Positions 28,061 through 41,434 of a stretch of DNA of 64,000 nucleotides are shown piece by piece. Location: NCBI RefSeq assembly GCF_006345805.1, contig NC_043001.1:57722001-57786000 (forward strand), read 5' to 3'. The notes under the pieces were generated by a model. That model did no database searches and was not told the origin of the DNA. It saw nothing but the letters and a program-made list of their open reading frames with translations. Source of the DNA: Octopus sinensis. Taxonomy: Eukaryota. The position numbers and the translations under genes were made by a program. Within the stretch, counting starts at the first letter, position 1. Each line of letters opens with the position of its first letter.

Positions 28061-30037
28061 ACACACAAAATTATTCATTCTGTCACTTGTGAGGAAGCTA
28101 CACAGCTAACAATGTAAATTTTAGCCTCTGGGCTACATACAAACGACACCTGTCCAATTTCTAACCAGACAGATTAAATTTGAAGTGCCTTGATTATAAA
28201 TAAAGAGGTTCATTCAACTGTGTCGGCCTCTTTTTAGATGCAAAATATACTAACACGTGACAGTAACGCACGAACGTTGTGAGAAGTGTAGAAGAAGTTA
28301 TAAATTTAAACATGTGCTCATTCTCTATAAACACTTGACAGAAAACCTTCAGAGTTTTGATTGTTTGGACATGTTCAGTCAAACATATCAGCCTTAACTT
28401 ACGATGCCAAAAGTGGTCACTTGATACTAACAAAAGGAGGTAGCAGGGAACCTACAAAAAAGTCAAGTGCCTATCCTCTACCAATCAAATCCTATTCAAA
28501 ACATATACTAATTTGAGCCATGAACTCCCAATAAATATAGAGCAAGCTTCAAACTATAGTCAGAAGCAAGACAGCTGCGATATAATCCACGACTTTCTAT
28601 CGAGAGATTTTGAAAATTAGTGTAAAATGTGAAATGAGTTAAAGCTTTAAATGTATATCAATAAAAAAATATTTCAACTCTTGCCAGTGCACCTTCAACT
28701 CCTATCTTACCTATAGTACTACATTTTGTTGGCTAATTATATATATGTGTCTGAGCTTGTGTGTGTGCGTCTGTGCTCACGTGGATTATAATAAAACTTA
28801 AAGGACGTTTAAAATCAATAACCTGAAATTGTCCTTAGCTATTATAATGCAAAGGGTGTACTTCCTTACAGTTTCAATTCGCAATTCAGTACTAAGGCTC
28901 CATAGAAAAGAAATAAAATCGTAACTATTGTATTTTGACTATAGCTTATTGTATAATCTTAGCTCCCTCCCTACTATAAGTAGAAAAAAAATCTCTACCT
29001 TATATTCCTAACTTATTGGTCAAAAATAAATGCATGTATATTTACATATATCTAAACCCAAACAAGAATATATATCTTATTTCGATCTCAGATTTAAATT
29101 AACTGTCATCTATCACAATACATATACACATTATCTCGATTTTATAGTTTGTAAACAAGGAAACGAAAATATCTATAGTCTATCTTGTTCTTTATATGTA
29201 ACAATTAATAACTGATATTGTTATTAAATTACAGTAAAAATGTAAAATAATGTATAGGTAAATATATGTAATTTGAATATGAACAATATATTTGCAATAC
29301 TGATTAACAAAAATATCTATGTGTTAAAAACTTTTTTGTGCTTAAAAAAACGCGTATTCATACGCATGAGAATAATAAATTTAGTAATGTACGATCGAGT
29401 CAGGAATGTAGGTATGTAGATTTAGCTGTTCAGTATAGATAACTGAAATTAAATAAGTAAAAGTCAAAATTAAAAGTCAACGTTATATCGAATCAATTAT
29501 TTTATCTATAATCTAGTCGTTCATAAATCAATACAGGGGCGATTACAAATAATATTCATGTTCAAAACACTTTGACCGTTCGTAAATAAATGATGCTTAA
29601 CAAATAACATATTATAATTAATATTCTAAACAAGACATAATGAAAATAGAGGTGATTATTGAAATATGTTTCACAGTATAAATTATTTAGCTTAAACGAT
29701 AATGTTTAATTCCAAATAGGGGCGTATTACATCTAAAGATACATACATACCCACATATACACATATTCATGCATACACATATATTATTTAATAGATTGAT
29801 ACAGCTATATAATTTAAAGAACCTATATTCATATCATTCATGTACACAATTATTTAACAATTTAAAGTAACTATATTCATATTCATTGAACACAAAATAT
29901 TAACTCAAATATAAATATAAAAAATAACCTATATACATATAAAAATTTCATATAAACACATCAAATATTGCATCCAAACATACACACGCGCGCAAACACA
30001 CACACACGCACAGATACACGCACATGCACACACACAT

Positions 30038-30076
<39 letters not shown>

Positions 30077-30766
30077 AATAAATATGCATGTGTGTGTGTT
30101 CAAAATTATATGTTCAAAAATGAAAATGACTATCTAGACATTTAGTATATTCATTTTATATATGATGAAATACATATGTATTCCAGTACATATCACCAAC
30201 ATATACGGACATGCATATATATATATATATATATACATATACATACATACATATATATATATATGTACATATATATATATATGCATATATATATACAGAT
30301 GTATACACATACACATACGTATATACATACAAATATATTTGCATAAACCCATATCAATATATAACACATGCGTACATACAAATATATTTAGTATTAAATA
30401 TTCAGTGTAATGATAAAATTAATTACTTATTTAAAGTATCAATATTCATAATCATATGTATCATGTACACCAAATTTGATACAGATATAAAGATATAAAG
30501 AAATATAAATAAAAATTACATATAAACTTACCAAAGTTCACATCCCCTCAAACATATATACACCCTAATATATATGTTCATAATTTGAATTGGCTATCTA
30601 GACATGGAGCATATTCATTTCATGTATGATGAAACAGATATATTTTCTTATTTGGAACATATACTGTAAAATTTTTATGGTTATAATCAAATTTATTTAT
30701 TAACATCATATTAGATTATTTTGAGTATTAGGTCGTTATACCCTATGCATGTATGTATAGTGTATG

Positions 30767-30829
<63 letters not shown>

Positions 30830-31036
30830 ATAAATGTATATGTGTTTCTTCAGTGTTTACAAATAGCAAGGAAAAATATATAAATATTTACCAGGGTAGC
30901 CAAAAATCACACAAGTACCAAGGATGTAACAGCCTACTTATAAAGGTAGAAACTCCAGGTTTAGGTGATATGTTTTGAATAATGTAGATAAATAAATAAA
31001 TGCAGTTAAACGCAGTTGTTATTTAAATCTTTTTAA

Positions 31037-31122
31037 TTCCCACATATGTTTCGAAGAAAACATTGGTATTATTCCAGAAGGAATAAAATGGTGTAAAACA
31101 ATGCCATCTTCTCATCAGGGAA
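31037..31122 (-). ncRNA. Long-stem-II hammerhead, probably inactive (G at position 17)
   Basis: UUCC-CUGAUGA-GAAGA..UCUUC-GAA-ACAUAUGU-G/GGAA; same family as 57971-58052. Confidence 0.65.
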
Positions 31123-31284
31123 AGAAAGAAATCAAACACATGAATTACACATTTTAACAGAATGTGATGACAGCGGATATGATGAAGGGAATGCTAGCAA
31201 CCTTTTTTAAAAATCGTTAGTAGATACAACGTCAAGTTTGTTTATAGAAAGATAAGGAAGTGATAAAAGAAATTTGCAAATCAA

Positions 31285-31315
<31 letters not shown>

Positions 31316-32802
31316 AAGAGTGAGATAGATAGATAAAGAGATAGATAGATTGAATTCTGAGGAATTATTTGAGCTATGTAATCGTATGCGACAGTCAGTT
31401 TTGCACAAATGTTTTCATCCTTTGTCCACATCTCATATCTCACATTTATTGGATGTTGTCATTTGAAGCGAAGGTGTTGTAGCAACCAGTTGCGCATTTA
31501 GGAATACATATTTATATGCACAAAAAGGACGGGAAAGTTCTTCTCGGACATCACTTAATTCTAAATAAATGTGCATTTACATCAGGATTTCTGTGCGAAC
31601 GTTCGACGTATTACAAACAACGTCCACATTTCCGATAGAGCATACCTAACCTATTGAAGAGGTTCATCGATAAATGTAGTCCTATGTAGCCTACAAAAGG
31701 ACCGAATTGTCCCGTTGGATTAGTTTGAGAGTATGTGCCTCATAGTACTTTTTAATATTCAACATGTATCAATCTTCAGCGCAATCGATGTTTTCATGAC
31801 CATTCTATAAGAAGTTATCACAGTATCTGCAATGAATAGAGAAGTTTATTATAACACTGATAAAGACCTCAATCTGATTAATTTTTTAATTTATTTCGTT
31901 TGCTAGGAAAGAGCATGATGATTGACAATCCCTATATGTTTCCTAATCAACGTATTTCAATACTCTATGGCTATTTCTAATGACGGAGATTTTGGAAATA
32001 ATCAATGTCCCGATATTTCTTACTTGCATATGCGCTCAGCAGACCGTATTATTAATATACATCGATGTTAATGTAATCAACAAAAAAACCTAGACACGGA
32101 CATATTGATATTGAAGAAACTTGACATTATATAAGAGATAAAAATACTGCAAGTCAAGAATCAAGAGCATGTTTCATCACTCAATCAGATAGATGTGGAA
32201 GGCAAATTTCTTACATCACACCGTAAAAACTTCTCGTCACTAGAAAAGTTAAGTCAAATTGGACAACACCATCCTATATGAACTATACACACTGTGAGAA
32301 AGATTCGAAATAGCCAAGGTAAAGTACAGTATAAATTTGAGAAGGAAAACTTCGATTCTCATGGCTAGAAAGATATGTTTCATTATTAATAATGCTTACT
32401 AGGAGAGTTTAGAGTTTATAAAGCTAATTTCATGTTTAGTAAATTGAGTTAGCAATAAAAGCCAAGAAAGTTCAAAATGCTGGTTTTGTTCATGTTTATT
32501 GTAGTAGAAATCAGAGATACAAATTCTTTGAAGAATGTGTGGATTGTTCTAGCAAGTGTTGGTTCCTTATTAATTTCAGCGGTGCAAAGTCATTCAGTAC
32601 CATAATCATATAGTCTTTTACGATATTTGAAAAAGATATGCTTTGAATTAGAATTCATGAACATCACTAATTGAAGTTTGATTGAAAGCACCCAAGCTTA
32701 CACCATACGTGGCATAAGATATGTATCACTGTGCACACATGTATACTTGCATACATGCATACATATATGCATATTTATAGAAATATATAAATAGAAATGT
32801 AA

Positions 32803-32848
<46 letters not shown>

Positions 32849-32895
32849 GTATGTGTGTGTATGTGTGCTTATGTGATTGTATGTGTGTGTATATA

Positions 32896-34148
32896 TTGGG
32901 TAGGCAAGAAACTAATTTCGGTTTTTAGTGTGAACTAACAATCTCTTTTTTTCATACAAAGAATGAAATTTAATCAATTATATGTTCCATTTTGTTCGAT
33001 TACCTTTTACTATCTTTGTAGCAACTTCATGATACTGCGCTTCTGTACTTATGAGTCAAGAATTGAAGCAATTGCAATTTCAGGTTATCATGTTTATTGA
33101 AAGTTTAAACATTCAAAGAATTTTGCAAACTTCAAAATAAATTGTAATCTGATGGTGTAAAATGAAGGCTATATGGTGGATGTGACGCCACGTGCCAACC
33201 ACACAACAATTTTCCACGATTTAACGTGTGTGGTCTAGCGGTACCATGTTGGAACACGATTCCTTTGCGATTTGCTAATTCTGGCGGGTTTTTTCGATTG
33301 CTACCTCCAGTTTCATTTGTTGTTGACAGTAAACATCTAATTTGACCGCTTGGTTCCTTGGAAGCAGTTCAAAATACAAGACACCCACCAAGTCCCACCA
33401 AATTTACAGCATGACATTTCTTTGATGCAATACAGCTTTCGATGTGATCTGTGCTGGTTCATTACGTTTGGACCATGATCATTTTCGATTGATGTTATTA
33501 TAGACAATCCATTTTTCATCACCAGTAACGATTCGATAAAAAAAAACGGTAGATTTCAATGCATTTGAGATACATATTGCAAATATTGATTCCTTAAGTA
33601 AATGTCTATCAATTTATGTGGAACCCAAATACCGAGATTCTTAACGAGTCCAAGACATTTTATGTGATTTTCATTTGTTGTGTGTGATACCTCTCTGTAA
33701 TCTCTCGCACATTTATATGACAATCAAATTCACTTATGACTTTGATTCGGTTATCATCAACTTCAGTAATTCGACCACAACGTTGATCATCTTTGAGTGA
33801 AATATATCCAGAACGGAATTTTTAAAACTATTTCTGACATGTGCGTTCTGTTAAGCAATCAATACCATAAACTTCACATATCTCTTTGTGAACCTCAGCA
33901 GCTTTCTTCCTTTTACGGAAGGAAAAGAGCAAAATAAGGTGGAAATGTTTGTCTTTCAATTCCATGGTAAAATTGACACTGAACTAACAGCTGTAAACAA
34001 AATTACGCGCAAGTTGATTCCCAAATAAGCTATAGGTAACAGCTATGAAATGGCAAAAGAAAAAGATCATAACGTTGACAAAAATCATTGAAAAACATCG
34101 TAACTCTTTCTATTTGTGGAAAACAAATTTACTTTCTTGCCAATCCAT
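32896..34148 (-). mobile_element. Full-length (~1.25 kb) decayed mariner element
   Basis: TIRs TTGGGTAGGCAAGAAACTAATTTCG / CAAATTTACTTTCTTGCCAATCCAT with TA flanks; region of ORF 33337-33522 is a frameshifted DEKW...VMLSIWWD mariner segment. Confidence 0.85.
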
Positions 34149-34283
34149 TATATATAGTTGTCTTTGCGCGTGTATGTACGTATGAAATGCTGTAAGTAGG
34201 ATGAATGGACGGATGAACTGATGGATGCATGCATCATATTCTGAAATTGAAAGTGCACTCTAACTCAATGAGTAATGACTTTA

Positions 34284-34609
34284 CAGTAATCCCTCGACTA
34301 ACGCAGGTGTCACATTCCAAAATTGCCCGCTATATGTGAAAATCCGCGAAGTAGAAACAGTACTGTACTGTACAATATATATATATTATATAATAAATGC
34401 AAAACGACAACACATACTCGACTCTAGAGGTTCGTTTTCGATATAGTATGCGCGATTCTTTGTTTACTCATTTATGGTACACTACATATTTTTTTTAATA
34501 TATAAAATTTTAATGTAATTTTTAAGTGTGAAAGTGTTTATTTTAACAAAAAAATTCTCGATGTACTGGGAGCGCTACAAGTGAACTATGATATGGCCAG
34601 TGATTGCTG
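34284..34609. mobile_element. Possible pogo/Tigger-type MITE
   Basis: TA-CAGTAATCCCTCGAC at left; degenerate GCCAGTGATTGCTG-TA at right. Confidence 0.5.
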
Positions 34610-35190
34610 TATACAGATGTGAACTTTGGAGATGATACTTACAATTATTGGCATATTGTAACATTTTGAATATTTCGATTTGGTTCGTGGAGGACGTGTG
34701 CGAGTTAACGTTAATTATGTATGATATATGGGTGTTAGATCGTGTTTGTGATGGAATTGGCGAAGGGGAATATGGGAGATAAATGTAAATCCGTATATGC
34801 ATATGAAGTTATGTGTAGCTATTCTGTGAAAGTGCTAGTGCATTGAAAGAGACACGTATATTAGCAATGATCAAGTAATTCAATGAATAAAACGTTCAAA
34901 TCAAATTTATTTCAGTTTATTTTTCTAGTATCCGCTGCATCTAATATTCTGAGTCTACCTGGGACCAGGTTCATACAAGCGAATCTAAGATATGAGATGA
35001 AGCATCAAAATCATTTGAGGGTGATGAGAAAGATTGAAGGGGGATGGAGGACTGAGAAGATTATATGAAGTTTATGGTGCAAGCGAAGAATATAAAAGAT
35101 GATTCACTTGAAAAAAGTTGTTTCTGAACACGAGTGATGGAAATTTTGCGTTTTGGGTTACAAATAAATACAAGGTGAAAATCAACAGAT

Positions 35191-35223
<33 letters not shown>

Positions 35224-35254
35224 TTACTTGGAAATGATTGGGTGGCGTTCAACC

Positions 35255-35308
<54 letters not shown>

Positions 35309-35578
35309 ATATAATATATATATATATATGCATTTATACATACATATATGTACATACTTACATATATGCATATACATATGTATATAAAACTTAAACAACA
35401 TGAAATACGAAATTATGGAATATAAACTTTTTTGCGAACAACGAAAGAAACAAATGGAAAACAAGATAAGTAACATAAAGAATGACCCCTCATCAGTTGT
35501 CGACTGTTTATGTTACTTGTCTTCTTTTCCATTTGTTTCTTTCGCTGATCGCAAAAAAGTTAGCATTCCATGCTTTCT

Positions 35579-35709
35579 TATTTCGTATTTCATTTTGTTT
35601 ACGTTTAATGATGTCCTGTACCCATATATGCATATGTATGTACATATATATGTAAGTATGTACATATATGTATGTATATAATATTATATATATATATAGA
35701 TATGTATAT

Positions 35710-35770
<61 letters not shown>

Positions 35771-35900
35771 TTATATACATATCTATATATATAATGCATA
35801 TATACATACATATATGTACATACTTACATATATATGTACATACATATGCATATATGGGTACAGGACATCATTAAACGTAAACAACATGAAATACGAAATA
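35579..35900. repeat. 101-bp inverted repeat (one mismatch) around a (TA)n spacer
   Basis: 35579-35679 is the reverse complement of 35800-35900; a third partial copy lies at ~35330-35418. Confidence 0.9.
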
Positions 35901-35920
35901 TATATACGTGTGTGTGTGTG

Positions 35921-35954
<34 letters not shown>

Positions 35955-36383
35955 GTGTATGTATAAGAAGTAAAATCCGTCGTTGATTGGGTAACATATA
36001 CTGTTTATCGGGAGCCACATTGTGGAAGCATTATTATATGTATAATTTACCCCACCTGTATGTGTGTATTTGTAGAAGAGAAAATCACCTAATAATTGAT
36101 GTAGAAGAGAGATCAGTATCATAAATGACCTCATATTTGTTTATAATATGACAATAATAAATTAGGTGTATTTGTTATTTTATGCATCTATACAGTAATG
36201 GCAATGGTATAATGTTTATAAAGGAGAAACATGTAATAATAGAAGTAGAAAAAGATCATTTTTTATATATGAAATTCTGTTTGTTTATTGCATGACAATA
36301 ATAAGTGAGTTGTATTTGCTATTTCATTTATCAATACAGTAATGACAATTATATAATACAATTCATTGAAATAGGTAATTTAC

Positions 36384-36891
36384 TCATTCTTGAAAGTAAT
36401 GAAGTTTGTGCAAAATTAATTTCGTACCATTGCATGGTTTTGGTTGAGACAAAATATGTAATAGCCTAACAGGAGTCCCATTTTTTAACTGAAGACAATG
36501 AGGAGCTGTACCTGGTGGTTGTAGTGAGTGAAATAATTCGATGGGGTAATTGACACTAATCCTGATCACCAACAACACTATTAACTGAGTTATAGGTGAA
36601 GACTTCTGGAAATTTATTCAACAACATATAATTAATGGCATGTAGAGGAACATGTTTTGGAGCCCAGGTAGCTCTGTCACCGATGTAAGCTGTATTGTTG
36701 TAATTATGAAGAAAATTAGGAAAGGTTTCATACATCAAATCCTCCTCGGAACCAGTTGAGTGTAAGAAATCCTCCTCGGAACTGAGTGTAAGAAACTGTT
36801 TTTCATCAGTTGGAACTCTCCCTTCACCGAGTTTCAAAAGCTGCTCTGCAAACAGTTCAGCTAACTGATCTCTTGAAAGCGTGGATCTCAT
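36384..36891 (-). mobile_element. Helitron PIF1-like helicase fragment (frameshifted)
   Basis: FAEQLLKLGEGRVP...YNSVNSV then [44 protein letters not shown] (YPxEFLNSL..G.PPH.L.LK.G.P...LRN.....LCNGTRL motif). Confidence 0.88.
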
Positions 36892-37049
36892 ATAATAACT
36901 GAAGTAGAAAAGAGATAAAATTCTTACATGAACCTGTGTTTGTTTATTATATCACAATAGTGAATTTTATTATGTTTATTATATAATGCAGTTCATAGAT
37001 AAATTGATACACTCATAGAATTAAAAAAATATATATAGTGTAGAAAATA

Positions 37050-38000
37050 AGTAACAGCCCCCAATTCACAGTGCCGTTTTACCCCAATGAAATTACCACT
37101 TCTAGATTTCTCAATCACAAACACGGAGGGGAAAATAGAACCAGGTATATTCAATAAACCTACTGACGCACGCAATAGCTTCTGTTCATATCATATCACG
37201 CAAACATACGAAATTGACCATTGCATTCAACTTATCAAATTGGATATGTACGATAGTATCAGACCCATCTAAGCGTGAAGAAAAACTGGATGAACAAAAG
37301 AAACATACTGATCGAAAGAGGATTCCCACTAGTCTTAATCACAAGTGGAAGAGACAGAGCAAAATATATAGATATCTAGGAACTAAGGAAAACAAATTCA
37401 AAACAAGGAAACATATTTTACCATATGTGTCAACCTTGTATCCCAGAAAAGTCGGTACATTTGACCACATATGCATTCTATTTGAAGATGAAAATGTGAA
37501 AGCATTCTGCTAACACACCAAATCGCTCAAAATACTCAAACAAATTCTCATTGAAACAAGGAGGCTTAAACTTACTCCCAATCCAACTGGAATAAAATGC
37601 AAAAGAATAAATTGTGGCACCTGCGTATACCTAACTGAAGGATCAGAATTCAAATCTAAACGCGGATAAGCAGTTAAAGTATCATCAAACATCAATCGCA
37701 ACTCAAATAATTTAAATTTAATCTACATATATACATGTGGGAAGATGCCAGCAAAATTACATAGGACAGACGGGCATGTCACTCACTACACAAAAGAATG
37801 ACCACTGACCGCTAACAGATCTGAGACGAGAATGCAAAGAAAATTATTTCACGTAGTTACAACGCAGATTATGCAGGAATGGACCTACCCAACTTTAAAA
37901 TCCCCACTTTAGAAGTGCTTGGATTCTTTTACCTAACATCGGTGGATAAATAAAGAAAAAATTGTTCATTAAAAAATATAATCCTAAATTAAATATGGAA
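37050..38000 (+). mobile_element. Decayed Penelope-like element (RT thumb, Cys-rich linker, GIY-YIG remnant)
   Basis: LPLLDFSITNTEGKIEPGIFNKPTD (LPFLD...KPTD); KCKRINCGTCVYLTEGSEF. Confidence 0.75.
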
Positions 38001-38902
38001 ACTTTTACCATTAACCAATAAATATGGATCTATAGTTTAAACATATACATACTCGTAAAGAATTCTACTCCTCAAATCAATAAACAAAAATCTTTCTCCC
38101 AAACAAGATATTACAAAAAGCAAAACAGACAGGTGCATCGCAAAAACATACACACACTCACACGAAACAACATATTCCCAAACCTTTCCCCACATCACAA
38201 GTAACAAATACACACGCAAAAATATTACTCACAATGCAGAGCAAATGAAAAATAATTCCTTTCAAATACTTTCAAATTGTTGACCATCCTTAAAATATGT
38301 TTAACGTAATATATATATATATATACAACTTACCATATTCTCAATAGAAAAACAATTTGACATTCAAAGCAATAAAATTCTTGACCCATCCTAGAATACA
38401 TTTAACAGGATATATACATGCAGCTGACAATTTTCTGGGGGAAAATGAAGTAAAAGTTGTTTTCACACAAAAATACTTCCTTCGCCAAAACAACATATCA
38501 AAAAAAAAATTCACACACACTGAATAGAAATACTATACTGAATAGACATTTTTTATTTATTCAAAAGAATCATTCTCAGTTCAATAGAAATCCTGACACT
38601 GGAACACTTGAACTTCATGTCTGACACCTACATAAATAATATATAATATATAAGCGATTCTAAGATAAAATTTCACACATGTACTTAACTATGCAAAAAC
38701 TATGAGAAAACAAAACAAAATATTTTAATTTCCAATATTTTCTTATTACCTAATTATTGAATTTCGCTTTTTAAAATTTGATATACACATGAAACCGGCA
38801 ATATTTATTAAAAGTCACTCAATGTAACAATGTAACAATATACAACAATCTTTAAGCACCATCATTCTGTTCCACCTCCAATATTTAACTCTCTCTCTCT
38901 CT

Positions 38903-38953
<51 letters not shown>

Positions 38954-39080
38954 TTGTATATATGTATATAATATATTATATAATATATATATATATATAT
39001 TATATATATATGTGTGTGTGTGTGTGTTATATGCATTAGTGTATGTATGCACGTGTGTGTAAGCATTATGAATAAGGACC

Positions 39081-39188
39081 AAAAATATCACAAAAATCTG
39101 GTACTCAGAGTTTCACTTTCCCGTTCGCTGGACAGTTTTGTTTGAACGGGAACGTGAAACTCAGAGTAACAGTTTTTGCGATATTTTT
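39081..39188. repeat. ~45-bp imperfect inverted repeat hairpin (MITE-like)
   Basis: 39081-39126 pairs with 39144-39188 (e.g. GAGTTTCACTTTCCCGTTC / GAACGGGAACGTGAAACTC). Confidence 0.8.
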
Positions 39189-39364
39189 GCTGTTTTTTAA
39201 TAATGCATATTGCTCTACCTCTGGTATTCGAGTACTGTTTTACCACCTTGTTTCGCATCTATGTGATTACTCTGGTATATACACATACAAAAACATATAA
39301 TACATATATAAATGAATATATATGTATATGTATATATGTATGTGTGTGTATGTGTGTGTGTGTG

Positions 39365-39580
39365 TGTCTGTGTGTGTATGTTTGTGTCCCTGTGTTTGAC
39401 CCCTCAACATCGCTTGACAACTGATGCTGGTGTGTTTATGTCCCCGTAACTTAGCGATTCGGCAAAAGAGACCGATAGAGTAAGTACTAGGCTTATAAAG
39501 AATAAGGCCTGGGGTCGATTTGTTGTGTTCCAGCATGGCCGCAATCAAATGACTGAAACAATTGAAAGAGTAAAAGGGTA
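39365..39580 (+). mobile_element. SINE tail segment
   Basis: Matches 26640-26840. Confidence 0.8.
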
Positions 39581-39582
39581 TA

Positions 39583-41264
39583 TATATCCCATCGAAAGTT
39601 CTACTGAAGAAGGAATATATCTTTTTTTTATAAGATTAAGTCCGAAATTGATTCAATATAGAGATAACGAAATTTAAATTTTGTAAAGGTTAGTTGCCCG
39701 TTTTCAGTTTCAATTTTCCTGTAACAAGCGGATTATAAGTGGATAAAACAGTGTATTTGGCTTTAGAATAACCCTCTTTAGCCCTTAATTATATGATGTA
39801 TATTGCAACCGTAACGGTTTTTTTAAATATACTGCCCACGCTTCCTGATGAATTCCTTTCTGTAGAGTAAGGGACTTCATCCTATATTGCTTAGTAGTAA
39901 ACTCGATGCTTGCTAGCAGGAGGACTGGTAACCATTACAATTTGTAGCGGCGAAAGGTCTGGACGTTGTTTTCTGAGGCTGACCAAGAATTTTTATTTTT
40001 AGATATAATGATGTACTCAAGTGTAAGTTATGTTTTTAGCTTGTGCTTTTTCCATGATCATACGTGAGTATTTTATTTATATCCCATCGAAAGTTCTACT
40101 GAAGAAGGAAATATCTTTTTTTTATAAGATTAAGTCCGAAATTGATTCAATATAGAGATAACGAAATTTAAATTTTCTAAAGGTTAGTTGCCCGTTTTCA
40201 GTTTCAATTTTCCTGTAACAAGCGGATTATAAGTGGATAAAACAGTGTTTTTGGCTTTAGAATAACCCTCTTTAGCCCTTAATTATATGATGTATATTGC
40301 AACCGTAACGGTTTTTTTAAATATACTGCCCACGCTTCCTGATGAATTCCTTTGCTGTAGAGTAAGGGACTTCATCCTATATTGCTTAGTAGTAAACTCG
40401 ATGCTTGCTACAGGAGGACGGTAACCATTACAATTTGTAGGCGCGAAAGGTCTGGCGTTGTTTTCTGAGGCTGACCAAAGAATTTTTATTTTTAGATATA
40501 AATGATTACTCAAGTGTAGTTATGTTTTTAGCTTGTGCTTTTTCCATGATCATACGTGAGTATTTTATTTATATCCCATCGAAAGTTCTACTGAAGAAGG
40601 AATATATCTTTTTTTTATAAGATTAAGTCCGAAATTGATTCAATATAGAGATAACGAAATTTAAATTTTCTAAAGGTTAGTTGCCCGTTTTCAGTTTCAA
40701 TTTTCCTGTAACAAGCGGATTATAAGTGGATAAAACAGTGTATTTGGTTTAGAGATAACCCTCTTTAGCCCTTAATTATATGATGTAATTGCAACCGTAA
40801 TGGTTTTTTTAAATATACTGCCCACGCTTCCTGATGAATTCCTTTGCTGTAGAGTAAGGGACTTCATCCTATATTGCTTAGTTAGTAAACTCGATGCTTG
40901 CTACAGGAGGACTGGTAACCATTACAATTTGTAGCGGCGAAAGGTCTGGACGTTGTTTTCTGAGGCTGACCAAGAATTTTTATTTTTAGATATAAATGTG
41001 TACTCAAGTGTAGTTATGTTTTTAGCTTGTGCTTTTTCCATGATCATACGTTGAGTATTTTATTTATATCCCATCGAAAGTTCTACTGAAGAAGGAATAT
41101 ATCTTTTTTTTATAAGATTAAGTCCGAATTGATTCAATATAGAGATACCGAAATTTAAATTTTCTAAAGGTTAGTTGCCCGTTTTCAGTTTCAATTTTCC
41201 TGTAACAGCGGATTATAAGTGGAAAAACAGTGTATTTGGCTTTAGAATAACCCTCTTTAGCCCT
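39583..41264 (+). mobile_element. Family B tandem array: ~3.4 copies of a ~494-bp non-coding monomer, each with a type I hammerhead (39599-39663, 40094-40157, 40586-40650, 41081-41144)
   Basis: Periods 495/492/495 bp. Motif UUCUA-CUGAAGA-A-GGA..AUCUU/AAGAU..UCC-GAAA-UUG-AUU-CAA-UA/UAGAG; the fourth copy lacks one A of GAAA. Confidence 0.88.
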
Positions 41265-41434
41265 ATTATTTATATTATATATATATATATATTATATATA
41301 TATTATATATATTGTTATATTTCGGAATGGTCATTTTGCCAGTTTAGCCAATAAAAACACACGCCACTATATATTTGGTGTTATTGTGCTTCATTGTTAT
41401 TTATTTTTTACATTAATCTTAATCTTATTTCGGC

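Noticed and set aside
39583-41264. CRISPR-like or host satellite interpretation of the arrays
   Set aside because: Whole ~494-bp monomers repeat with no unique spacers; eukaryotic context; no cas genes.
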